Positions 51,123-61,159 of a DNA stretch of 64,000 nt are shown here, piece after piece (position 1 is the first letter of the stretch; every line of letters begins with the position of its first letter). Under the pieces are notes generated by a model that was not told the origin of the DNA, searched no databases, and was given only the letters and a program-made list of their open reading frames with translations. A program made the position numbers and the translations under genes. Origin of the DNA: Longimicrobiales bacterium (lineage in GTDB: Bacteria; Gemmatimonadota; Gemmatimonadetes; Longimicrobiales; Gaopeijiaceae); assembly GCA_965238005.1 (NCBI GenBank), contig OZ250165.1, positions 928,001 through 992,000 of the forward strand. The letters run 5' to 3'.

Positions 51123-51670
51123 CCTCGCGGAGCGACCGGTTCACCGACCTCGAGATCAGCGCCGATGGACGATCCGACCCTCCACGATGGTCGCCACGAT
51201 CTCGCCGTCGAGGATCCGACCCGGGTCCTCGGACTCCAGTGAGAAGGGGTCGATGTCCATCACGGTGAGGTCTGCCCAGCGCCCGGCCTCGATGATGCCG
51301 GTGTCGTCTTCATTGAAGGACACGAACGCAGCCCACTGGCTGTAGGCGCGAACGGTCTCTTCCGCCGTGAGGGTCTGCGTGGAGTACCAGCCGCGGGCGG
51401 GCTCCCGGGCCTTGTTCCGCCGGGTCATGGCCGCGTGCATACCGTAGAAGACGTTCCAGTCCGACCCGGGCAGGTCGGAGTTGAACGTCAGGTCCGTTCC
51501 CACCCTCCGGAGCGTCCTCCAGGCGTACGCGCCCCGGATCCGGTCGGGTCCGACGCGGTCCTCGGCCCACACCATGTCCTCCACCGCGTGGGCGGGCTCC
51601 ATGGAGGCTTTAGCCACGGTTTCTCTGGACAGTAGATTGGCAAAGAGAGCGGGTCCAGAGAGAAAGGGAC

Positions 51671-52033
51671 GTGATGGCCCAGAAGCCGAGGGAAAAGAAG
51701 GCGACCGAAGGTCGTGAGAAGGTACCCGAGCGGTGGAGCGCACAGCATAAGACGGAGGTGGTGCTGCGCCTGCTGCGGGGGGAGGATCTGGTGGAGGTCA
51801 GCCGCGAGGTGCAGGTCTCACCACCGGAGTTGGAGGAATGGCGGCGGGTGTTTCTGGAGACCGGTCAGCAGGGGCTGAGGCGCCGGGGCCGGGACCCTGG
51901 AGAACGAGAGCTGACCCGGACCCAGGCGAAGCTGGGAGAGTTGACGATGCGACTGGAGCTTGCGAGAGAGCTCCTGGAAAAAAGGGGGTACGGGGACGAG
52001 CTACGGACGCTCTTGAAGCGTGGACGCGAGTGA
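51671..52033 (+). CDS. Transposase OrfA (HTH)
   Basis: RWSAQHKTEVVLRLLRGE; AAAAAAG slippery run near 51978. Confidence 0.85.
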   Translation: MMAQKPREKKATEGREKVPERWSAQHKTEVVLRLLRGEDLVEVSREVQVSPPELEEWRRVFLETGQQGLRRRGRDPGERELTRTQAKLGELTMRLELARELLEKRGYGDELRTLLKRGRE

Positions 52034-52914
52034 GTCCGGGGACCGGGCGGCCCTACCCTCTGACGATGATCTGCGAGGCCTGGCGGGTGGGGCGCTCGAC
52101 GGTCTATGCGGCCCGGGATCGAGAAGAGAGCGAGGGGCCGGCAGAGCCGAAGAAACGAGGACCGAAGACGAAGCTGAGCGACGAGGAGTTGGTAGAGGAG
52201 ATCCGACAGGTGCTGAAGCAGAGCGACTTCCTGGGCGAGGGTCATCGAAAGGTGAGGGCGCGCCTGAGGCCGAAGGGGATCCATGTGGGCAAGAACCGCG
52301 TGCTCAGGCTGATGCGGGAGAATGGGCTGCTGGCCCCTGTACGACGCGGGAAGCATCCGCATGGGGACCGGAGCCACAGTGGCCGGATCACGACGGACGT
52401 GCCGAACGAGCTGTGGGGCACGGACGCGACGCGGTTCTACACGAAGGAGGATGGGTGGTGCTGGTTTTTCGTGGCGGTGGATCACTGCGTCACGGACGTG
52501 GTGGGCTGGCACGTGGCGAAGAAGGGCGATCGGTGGGCAGCGCTCGAGCCGATCCGCCAGGGCGTACGGACCCACATGGACGACTACGCGCCCAAGATCG
52601 CTCTGGGGCTCGGCCTACGGCACGACTGGGGACCGCAGTACACGGCGCATCAGTTCCAGGGGGAGCTGGCCTGGCTCGGGATCCGCTCGACGGCCTCGTA
52701 CGTGGGAGAGCCGGAGTGCAACGGCGTCGCAGAGCGCTTCATGCGGACGCTGAAGGAGGAGTGCTTGTACCTCCACGACTTCAAGAGTCTCGAGGAGGCC
52801 AGACAGGAGATCGACGCGTTTATCGAACGCTACAACCGCGGGTGGCTCCTAGAGCGGCATGGGTATCGGACCCCGGCCCAGGTCCGTCAGGAGCTCACCC
52901 TGAAGGCGGCTTGA
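52030..52914 (+). CDS. Transposase OrfB (rve DDE integrase core)
   Basis: WGTD, RHDWGPQY, NGVAERFMRTLKE; GTG overlaps the orfA stop. Confidence 0.9.
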   Translation: MSPGTGRPYPLTMICEAWRVGRSTVYAARDREESEGPAEPKKRGPKTKLSDEELVEEIRQVLKQSDFLGEGHRKVRARLRPKGIHVGKNRVLRLMRENGLLAPVRRGKHPHGDRSHSGRITTDVPNELWGTDATRFYTKEDGWCWFFVAVDHCVTDVVGWHVAKKGDRWAALEPIRQGVRTHMDDYAPKIALGLGLRHDWGPQYTAHQFQGELAWLGIRSTASYVGEPECNGVAERFMRTLKEECLYLHDFKSLEEARQEIDAFIERYNRGWLLERHGYRTPAQVRQELTLKAA

Positions 52915-54499
52915 TTAGGCTTTAGCCACGGCGTCGAGCCCCGCGAACCGTGGGAGGTCGTCGGGGTGGACGACCTGCGCGTGCTCGATCCGGTTCCGGT
53001 TGCCGCGGGCCCTGGGGACTTCTTCGTACACCGACTCGATGAAGTCGAGGCTCTCCCGGTTTCCGGCGTCCCCGATGGCGTGGATCGACATCTGAAAGCC
53101 CGCAGCCATCATGCGCCGCATCCACTCTGCGTCGAAGCCGTATTCCTCACCCCCCAGGCCTCTGTGTCCGGGCGTGTCCGAGTAGTCCTCGAGCAGGCGT
53201 GCTCCCCGCGAACCCAAGGCGCCATCGTAGAAGGCCTTCACCGACCGGGTGCGGAGCATCGACGCATCGTCGAGATCGGGGCCCCGTCTCTCCCAGCGGG
53301 CGAGCAGCGCCGTGTCCCGGGCCGAGAGCATGGCATAGACCCGGAGCGGTAGTCGTCCGTCGGCCTCGAGAGCCTCGAAGGCCGCCATGGCCTCCGTGGC
53401 CGCTCCGGCCTCGTGGACGGCGACGAAGCCAGATCGGGCCATCTCCTCCAGGCCGTCCAGGACCCGCTCCTTGAGCTGCTCGTGGGTCACGGCGGGGATG
53501 GCCTCTTCCAGGAGTGGGACCGCCCGGTTCAGCAGCAGACCGGTAGGTTGCCCCTGAGCGTCCTTCCGGATCTCCCCTCCCACCGGTGCCTCGGTCTCTC
53601 CCGTGATCCCCGCCAACTCGAAGGCCATGCGGTTGCCCCACCCGGCGAAGCTGTGGAGGCTTCGCATGTACACCGGGTGGTTCGGGACTCGCTCGGTGAG
53701 TAGCTCCATGTCCGGGTAGCGGTCGGCCCACGCCCCCTCGTCCCATCCGGCTCCCACGATCCAGGTGCCTTCCGGGACCTGGCTGGCGCGCTCGGCGACC
53801 AGAGCCACGGCCTCCTCCTCGGTGGCCACGTCCACGAGGTCGACGCGGGCCATCGAGGCACCTAGCTCCGCGACATGGGTGTGTGAGTCCACCAGACCCG
53901 GGAGGACCGTGGCGCCGTCGAGGTCGAGGACCTCCGTGTTCGCTCCCCGGTAGGCCTCGGCGTCTTCGGCGGTCCCCACGAATAGGATCTTTCCATTCCG
54001 GATAGCAACCGCTTCGGCGTCGGGATGCCATCCGTTCGCGGCCGCGTACGGGGCGTCCAAGGCAGGCGCCCCGTCGGGGCCGGGCTGCTCCCAGGCCAGG
54101 GTGTAGACCCGGGCGTTGGTCAGGAGAAGATCGGCGGACTGGGTACCGCAGGCACCCAGGACCGTGGGCAGGAGGGCCAGCAGGGGCGGTGCAGGGCGGT
54201 TCACGAATCGCTCCCGGGATCTGGCGTGTGACGAGCCCGGCTGACCGGACTCGAGGCCGCGTGGGTCTGACTCGCCGAGGATACTGCGGGACGACTCGCG
54301 GGACCAGTTCAGGCCGCATGGCACGCAGGTCGAGGGGCCGTCGCGCGGCCGCACCCCAGTACTCGGTCAGGCTTCTAGCGGCTCCGGGCACCCCGCTACT
54401 AAGTTCACCGCTCCACTCATCTGAAGGGAGCGCGGATGGATCGACGCCATCTCCTACGCATTCTCGATGTCACCGCGGCCACGGCCGGCCCTTGTCCGG

Positions 54500-54601
54500 G
54501 CCAGCTCGCCGCGAACCAGAACCCGAGCATCACCTAGTATGATGCTCACCGCACGGGCCGTCGATCATGCCGTCGACCTGATGAACCGCGGAGAGCTGTG
54601 A
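54500..54601 (+). pseudogene. C-terminal remnant of a GMC oxidoreductase
   Basis: NQNPSIT(Y) / MMLTARAVDHAVDLMNRGEL*, frameshifted; stop overlaps the next ATG. Confidence 0.7.
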
Positions 54602-55446
54602 TGGTGACGCGCCGGGAGGCGTTGCGAAGACTGGGGCTCATGGCCGCGGGCACCGTGGGTATCGGTGAGCTGGCGTGCGGGCAGACGGACGTCGTGACTG
54701 GACCTCTGGGCCCGCTCGGCGTGCAGCTCTACACCCTCCGGCGAGAGATGGCAAAGGGTGTCGACGCGACGCTGGCTAGGGTCGCCGAGATCGGCTACAG
54801 CGAAGTGGAGTTCGCTGGATACTTCGGCCGTAGCCCGGCCGAGATCAGGAGCGGCCTCGCGGCGGCCGGATTGAGCTCGCCCGCGGCTCACGTGGACATC
54901 AACGCCGTGATCGCCGACTGGCCGAACACATTGGACCTCGCGACCACCATCGGTCATCAGTACCTGGTCGTGGCCTTCGTCCCGAACGAGATGCGCGTCA
55001 CCCTCGATCACTGGCGTGCCCTCGCCGACATCTTCAACCGTGCTGCCGATGAGGCTCGGCGCGCCGGGATCCAGTTCGCCTACCACAATCACGACTTCGA
55101 GTTCGCGCCCATCGACGGTCAGATACCCTTCGACCTCCTCTGCGAGCAGACCGATCTGGCGCTGGTGCAGATCGAGCTCGATCTCTTCTGGATCATCCAC
55201 GGAGGCGGCGACCCCATGGCCTTCTTCGAGCGTTGGCCGGGCCGCGTGCCCATGGTGCATGTGAAGGACCGCACCGAGGAGGGGGTCATGACGGAGGTTG
55301 GTGCCGGCGACATCGATTGGCCCACCATCTTCGGTGCCCGGGCCCTGGCTGGGATGCGTCACTACTTCGTCGAACACGATCAACCCGCAGAGGGGTTCGC
55401 GTCGGTAGCGGCCAGCTACGACTTTCTGAGCCGTCTGGGCACTTGA
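54601..55446 (+). CDS. Tat-exported sugar phosphate isomerase/epimerase (TIM barrel)
   Basis: TRREAL Tat motif; GVQLYTLR, YHNHDFEF, ELDLFW, HVKD, YFVEHD. Confidence 0.9.
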   Translation: MVTRREALRRLGLMAAGTVGIGELACGQTDVVTGPLGPLGVQLYTLRREMAKGVDATLARVAEIGYSEVEFAGYFGRSPAEIRSGLAAAGLSSPAAHVDINAVIADWPNTLDLATTIGHQYLVVAFVPNEMRVTLDHWRALADIFNRAADEARRAGIQFAYHNHDFEFAPIDGQIPFDLLCEQTDLALVQIELDLFWIIHGGGDPMAFFERWPGRVPMVHVKDRTEEGVMTEVGAGDIDWPTIFGARALAGMRHYFVEHDQPAEGFASVAASYDFLSRLGT

Positions 55447-55517
55447 TGAAGCGGCGAGCCTTCGTGGCGGGGGCCGCGAGCGCCCTCGCGGGACTGGGTG
55501 TGAGGCGGAGGCAGTAG
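55446..55517 (+). pseudogene. Tat signal-peptide stub
   Basis: MKRRAFVAGAASALAGLGVRRRQ*; TGATG coupling to the upstream gene. Confidence 0.55.
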
Positions 55518-55521
55518 TGCC

Positions 55522-56052
55522 ATGATCACCATATCAGACTACAACCCAGCCTGGCCGGCCGGATTCGATGAGGTCAGGGCTTGCCTTCTCGAAGAGCTGC
55601 CCGAAGAGAGCGGCGTCGTGGAGGTGGAGCATGTGGGAAGCACCGCCGTTCCGGAGCTGGCAGCGAAGCCGATCATCGACATCCATGTGGTGATCGCAGA
55701 GGACTCTCACCTGGGTCGGACGATCATGCAGCTCGCCCACCTGGGCTACATCTACGAGGGAGACCGTGGGGTCATGGGCCAGGAGGCGTTTCGTCGGAGG
55801 GGACCCGATGTCCCGCTGCGCAATCCCAAGAGGGACTGGGCGCCCCATCATCTCTACGTGTCAGTAGAGGGAGGCCGAGAGCTGGATCGGCACCTCGCCC
55901 TGCGAGATCACCTTCGCGAGGACGAGGCGGACCGGGAGGCTTATGCGGCCCTCAAGCGTGATCTCGCCGCCCGAGAGGATGTGGACTTGGAGGCATACAC
56001 GGCGGGCAAGACGGAATTCATCGAAGCGATCCTGGCCAAGGCCGGCCGATGA
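55522..56052 (+). CDS. GrpB family protein
   Basis: YNPAWP, EHVGSTAVPELAAKPIIDI, RDHLR, YAALK, YTAGK. Confidence 0.92.
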   Translation: MITISDYNPAWPAGFDEVRACLLEELPEESGVVEVEHVGSTAVPELAAKPIIDIHVVIAEDSHLGRTIMQLAHLGYIYEGDRGVMGQEAFRRRGPDVPLRNPKRDWAPHHLYVSVEGGRELDRHLALRDHLREDEADREAYAALKRDLAAREDVDLEAYTAGKTEFIEAILAKAGR

Positions 56053-56080
56053 GACCCCAGCGCCGGTCCGCGTCAGGCTC

Positions 56081-56773
56081 CTAGAGAATCTCCTGGAGCT
56101 CGACCTCGAAGATCAGCGTGGAGTTCGGCCCGATGATGCTTCCGGTGGCCTGCTGCCCATACCCGATATCGGCAGGGATGAAGAGTCGGTAGTGGCTGCC
56201 CACGGGCATCAGCTGGAGACCCTCGCCAAATCCGGGGATCACCCCGTTGACGCCGAACTCGGTAGCGTCGCCACGCTCGTACGAGCTGTCGAACTCGGTT
56301 CCGTCGATGAGCGTGCCGCGGTAGTGTACTTTCACCCGCGAGTCGGCATCGGGCCGCGGGCCGTCCCCTTGGGTCAGGATCTCGTACTGTAGCCCACTGT
56401 CCGTGGTAATGATCCCTTCCTTGGTGGCGTTCTCGGTGAGGAAGGCTTCCCCCTCGGCGAGATTCTTGTCCAGGAGCTCCTGCTGAGCCGTGATCTGGGT
56501 CTGCTGAACCTGCTGACCCACGCGCCGCCTCGCCACCTGGAGCGAATCGGCGGGGAGGGCCAGCTCACGCTCGGCCAGGGCGTCTTCGATGCCTCGCATC
56601 AACGCATCGAGATCGAAGTAGTCCTGCGTCGGACGGAAGTTCGTGCCGATCTCAATACCGATGGCGTAGCTCGCCTTCTGAACGTCTGTATCCAGAGAAG
56701 CCGCCCCGCCGGCCTGGCAGCCGGCTGTGATGATCGAGGCGAGAGCCGCCACCGACTGTAACCGAAATCGCAT
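56081..56773 (-). CDS. FKBP-type peptidyl-prolyl isomerase (FkpA/Mip-like), probable lipoprotein
   Basis: TAGC lipobox; SYAIG, SGLQY, HYRGTLIDGTEFDSS, VIPGF, STLIFEVEL. Confidence 0.93.
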   Translation of the reverse strand: MRFRLQSVAALASIITAGCQAGGAASLDTDVQKASYAIGIEIGTNFRPTQDYFDLDALMRGIEDALAERELALPADSLQVARRRVGQQVQQTQITAQQELLDKNLAEGEAFLTENATKEGIITTDSGLQYEILTQGDGPRPDADSRVKVHYRGTLIDGTEFDSSYERGDATEFGVNGVIPGFGEGLQLMPVGSHYRLFIPADIGYGQQATGSIIGPNSTLIFEVELQEIL

Positions 56774-57915
56774 GAGCATTCCTTTTTGAGGGAGCACAAA
56801 TCTATCGCAGATGCCACACCGGGCGCCAACGGTTTCGACGCAGGACAAAGGGGTCACGCGGGAGACCCGTAGACGAGGCCGCCGCGCCTGGAGTTCATGG
56901 CACGCCAACGGTTGGATGCCCCAGGGGGCTAGTCCGGGCCGATGGCTGCCCCTGCCTTCCGGAGGTAGGGGTCACGGGTTCGGGTTCGGTCGGGCGTACT
57001 GAGAAAGACTAAGCGCCGCAAGACTTTTCGGCCCTGCGGCGCTTTCTCGTTTCCGGGACTGTGTCCCAACTGTGTCTCGTCAGGCGCTGTTTTCGACCAC
57101 TCGAAGGACTGTGGCGGCGTCGGACTGGACGTAGCTGTCGAGCATGGCTCGAGGAGGGTGTGCTCGACTGGATATCTTGCAGGCGTTCGGGGTTCACCGC
57201 GAGGACTGCGCCGGTGTGTCCGATCCAGTTATCCGCCTGAACGCAGCCCTTGAAGGCCGCTACACCATCGAGTGTGAGCTGGGCGAGGGTGGCATGGCCA
57301 CGGTCTACCTGACCGAGGACCTGAAGCACCACCGCAAGGTCGCCCTTAAAGTCTTGAAGCCCGAGCTGGCTGCCGTCGTCGGTGCAGAGCGGTTCCTCGC
57401 CGAGATCAAGGTCACGGCCAACCTGAACCACCCGCACATCCTGCCTCTCCACGACTCGGGCGAGGCGGACGGGTTCGTGTTCTACGTCATGCCCTATCTG
57501 GAAGGCGAGAGCCTTCGAGACCGGATCGACCGCGAGAAGCAGCTCCCAGTGGACGAGGCCGTTCGGATCGCTACCGCCGTTGCCAACGCATTGGACCACG
57601 CCCACCGCCACAAGGTCATCCACCGCGACATCAAGCCCGGCAACATCTTGCTCCAAGACGGTGAGCCGGTGGTGGCCGACTTCGGGATCGCGTTAGCTGT
57701 CGGAGCAGGAGGAGGCGACCGACTCACCGAGACCGGACTCAGCATGGGGACGCCCTGACTACATGAGTCCGGAACAGGCGACGGGCGATCAGCCGGTGGG
57801 TGCTTCGACGGCCACCTATGCGCTGGGGTCCGTGCTGTACGAGATGCTGGTGGGTGCGCCTCCTTATCCGGGGACGACGACACAAGCCGTGTTGGGCAAG
57901 ATCATCGCGGGCAAG

Positions 57916-59173
57916 GAAGCTGTCCCAACCGTAGTTGAAGGTTCCTGATAGGGGAGAAAGAAAAGTGGTGGCTCCGGGGGTCCCGGGCCGATAGGCTCGG
58001 GTAGGCAAAAACCCCAACACGGAGCCACCACGATGAAGAGAACGTACGAGGTAAGGGATCGGGCGGACAAGCGCGCGATCAGGGAGTTCCTGAAGCGGGA
58101 GGGGCAGTTTCTGCTTCCGATGCTTGAGCTCGTGGAGCAGACGGAGGTCGCGATCGACGAAGTCATCCAGGTGATGGGACGAGCGACGATCGAAGCGGTG
58201 CTGGAGATGAGCGCCGAGGGTGTGGCAGGCGTGAAGCAGGCAGGTCGGTCACGAGCGGAAGACGACACGGTGTGGTATGGCCGGCAGGGTGGTGTGGTTT
58301 ACCTGTCGGACCGGAAGGTGCGTGTGGAGCGGCCACGGCTCAGGCGCCGGGGCGCCGGGGAGGGTGGCGAGGTCGAGGTGCCGGCGTACGCAGCGATGCG
58401 GAGACCGGGCGCCGTGGCGGATCGGATGCTCGAGGTCCTGATGGCGGGGGTGAGCACGCGGAAGTACGGCCGTGTGATCGGTGAGATGGCCGACACGGTC
58501 GGGGTGAGCAAGTCGGCGGTGAGCCGTGAGACGGTCGAGGCCTCGGAGCGCGTGCTGAAGGAGCTGATGGAGCGCCGGCTGGATGCGTGGGACCTCCTGG
58601 TGATCTACCTGGACGGGATCCAGATGGGCTCGCACCACGTGCTTGCTGCGGTAGGCGTGGACTCAGACGGAAAGAAGCACGTGCTGGGCGTGAGGGAAGG
58701 AGCGAGTGAGAACGCCGAGGTGACCAGCGCGCTCCTAGAGGATCTGGTCGAGCGCGGCCTGGACCCGGGCAGGCGGCGGCTGTTCGTGATCGATGGCTCG
58801 AGCGCGACCACCCCTCGGCCTCGGCCAGCCTACGCGAAGGCCTCAGCGAGATGTTCACGATCAACCGGCTCGGCCTCCCGCCGCGGCTGAGGAAGTGCCT
58901 GGGCTCGACCAACCTGATCGACAGCACCCACTCGGGCGTAAGACAGAAGACCCGCAGGGTGACCAACTGGAAGAACGGAGCGATGGCCTTGCGCTGGGCT
59001 GCGGCCTCGTTCGTGGAGACCGAGAAGAGCTACCGGAGGATCATCGGCTACGACCAGCTCTGGATGCTCAGGGCCCACCTCGACGACCATGAACCGGTTG
59101 CCGAAATGAGAAAGGCAGGCTAACAAGGAGACTCTCCGGAGCCACCACCTTCAACTGTCAGCGGGACACCATC
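57916..59173 (+). mobile_element. IS256-family element with internally deleted transposase
   Basis: Imperfect IRs GAAGCTGTCCC..AGTTGAAGG / CCTTCAACT..GGGACACCATC; 8-bp TSD CGGGCAAG at 57908-57915 and 59174-59181. Confidence 0.9.
58033..59123 (+). pseudogene. IS256 (Mutator-like) transposase, deleted and frameshifted near 58800
   Basis: GVSTRKY, VSKSAVSR, IYLDG, GASEN, FVIDGS joined out of frame to LERDHPSASASLREGL, STNLIDS. Confidence 0.85.
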
Positions 59174-59307
59174 CGGGCAAGCCCGTGTCGGCCACAGATG
59201 AGCGTCCGTCGATTCCGGCCAACGTTGACGCTGCGGTTCGGAAGGCACTGGAGAAGCTCCCGGCGGATCGGTTCACGTCGGCCCAGGACTTCGCGAAGGC
59301 GCTGGGG

Positions 59308-59377
59308 GATGAAATTGGCTCTTGTCGGCCTGCGCCTTGGCTCGGGTGTTCCAATGTTCCATCGTATTTTCACTCAT
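59308..59377 (-). pseudogene. N-terminal stub of an unidentified gene
   Basis: AAGGAGG RBS + MSENTMEHWNTRAKAQADKSQFH, then runs into the antisense strand of the kinase remnant. Confidence 0.45.
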
Positions 59378-59485
59378 GGCGTTACCTCCTTGGGGCTGGC
59401 ACCCTCGGGGGTGCGTGAGTGAGGCTATTCTGACCGGGTCCCCTGACAAGTTTGGTGAGGCACCAACTTCCCTGAGCAGTGCTCC

Positions 59486-60786
59486 TTATTTGTGTGTGAA
59501 ACGCCAGACTCCATCCCAGTCATGGGATGGGGGGTTCTGCTTCATATAGTCCACTCTTTCGAGAAAGACCTGAGAAGGGTTGTCCTCCGGATCCAACTCC
59601 AGGCAAGACCCGAATTGTCGGGCTGATGCCTCCCAGTCACGCGCGCGATAGGCCTTCATTCCCTGCCCGAAGTGGTCTCTTAGCTCCTGCTGTCGCTCTT
59701 CGAGTTCTCCCCTTCTTGCTAACAGTTCAAACACCCGCACCGGCTCAGATTTACCCACCACCTGGATGAGGTCAATTTCACGGGTCTCCACGTCCTGACT
59801 GGCCATTTGTTGAGTGGTCTCGTTGATCAGAAAGCGGGTTCCATAATGCTTGTTGGCACCCTCGAGACGTGAGGCCAGATTCACGGTGTCTCCCATGACG
59901 GTATAGCTCTTGGACAACTCTGAACCGATGTTGCCCACGACCACTTCGCCAGTGGCGATTCCAATCCGAAAATCAATATCCGGCAACCCTTTTCGGATTC
60001 CCATCAAGTCAGGTAGTCGGCGGCGAAACTCCTCCAGTTGTCGCCGTTGGTCCAGAGCCGCAAGACAGGCTAGACCGGCATGCTCTTCTTCTTCAGTGAA
60101 GGGAGGCCCCCAAAAGGCCATGACGGAATCACCGATGAATTTGTCGATGATGCCCTTGTTCTGCTGAATCGGGATGGCCTGGTGGGTAAAGTATTCGTTA
60201 ATCAATCTCACCAGAGCGTCTGGCATCAGGGATTCTCCGATCGATGTGAATCCCGCGATGTCGGAGAAGAACATGGTCATGATCCGCTTTTCGCCTACGG
60301 TATCAATAACACCTTCGGGTGAGTCGATCAGGGTCATGACCACCCTGGGATCCAGGTACTTCCCAAACGTATCCTTGATTTTCTCCTTGAGGCGCAATTC
60401 TCTCACCATATGGTTAAAAGAATTGGCAAGGGTCCCGATCTCGTCCCGAGTTGTGATCTGTACTTGAGCATTCAGCTGGCCCTGCTCGACCTTCCGCGTT
60501 GCGGACACCAATTCCTTAAGCGGTTTGATGAGTCCAGCCGTCACGATTCCGGCCAAACCGAGCCCCAGTAGGGCCGTTAAGGAGGAGAGCATGAGACTCA
60601 GAGAGCCGACCCTCCCCTCGTCGTCTCGAGCACGACGAGCGGCGTTGAGTGTGAACTGGTGAAGTTCCTCACGGATTCGGCCGATCTGACGGTCGTACTC
60701 CTCTTCCTCACGAACACTTAGTGACGAGAGACTGGAAGTTCACTGTCACCCTGTTGCAGGGCTTCGAGCAGTTGCAAGCTTAGGTC
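59486..60786 (-). pseudogene. HAMP + class III adenylate/guanylate cyclase, 5'-truncated at the IS3 end
   Basis: RDEIGTLANSFN, FSDIAGFT, DKFIGDSVMAFW, YTVMGDTVNLASRLE; coding-like sequence continues upstream of ATG 60592 across a frameshift up to the IS. Confidence 0.8.
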
Positions 60787-60844
60787 TGGAGTTGACCCGC
60801 TTTGGTGGACACCTCAGTAGTGAGGGAGACAGGAGGAGTCCACG

Positions 60845-61159
60845 ATGCCAAGAACACATGCGCCGTACCCGCCGGAGTTTCGGCGGCAGATGGTCGAGTT
60901 GGTCAGGTCGGGCCGCTCCGTGGAGGAGCTGGCCCGGGAGTTCGAGCCCTCAAACGGGGCGATACGGAACTGGGTCAAACAAGCTGACTTGGATGAAGGC
61001 CGTCGCAGTGACGGGCTGACGACGGAGGAGCGTGGGGAACTCAGGCAGCTTCGGCGTGACAACAAGCGTCTGCGCATGGAGCAGGAGATTCTAAAAAAAG
61101 CCGCCGCCTGGTTTGCTCGGGAGAGCAACTCGATCCCGGAACGGGGTTCGAGTTCATGA
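60845..61159 (+). CDS. IS3 transposase OrfA
   Basis: YPPEFRRQMVELV HTH, EILKKAAAWFA. Confidence 0.92.
   Translation: MPRTHAPYPPEFRRQMVELVRSGRSVEELAREFEPSNGAIRNWVKQADLDEGRRSDGLTTEERGELRQLRRDNKRLRMEQEILKKAAAWFARESNSIPERGSSS

Larger units (their letters stand above)
51605..52931 (+). mobile_element. IS3-like insertion sequence, coordinates including both 15-bp direct repeats
   Basis: orfA/orfB transposase; AGGCTTTAGCCACGG at 51605-51619 and 52917-52931. Confidence 0.85.
51156..54204 (-). pseudogene. Amidohydrolase 3 (YtcJ-like) lipoprotein interrupted by an IS3-like element
   Basis: LGAC, PGLVDSHTH, KAFYDGALGSRGA, HAIGDAGN, RIEHAQ before the insertion; ASMEPAH, FNSD, ADLTVMD after it. Confidence 0.9.
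57216..59310 (+). pseudogene. Hanks-type Ser/Thr kinase, frameshifted, interrupted by IS256 and truncated
   Basis: GEGGMATVY, VALK, HRDIKPGN, DFG, GTP(+1)YMSPEQ; resumes after the IS as PVSATDERPSIPANVDAAVRKALEKLPADRF. Confidence 0.9.

Noticed and set aside
56970..57000. GGGTTC short repeats
   Set aside because: Only two to three degenerate copies, with no spacers or cas genes.
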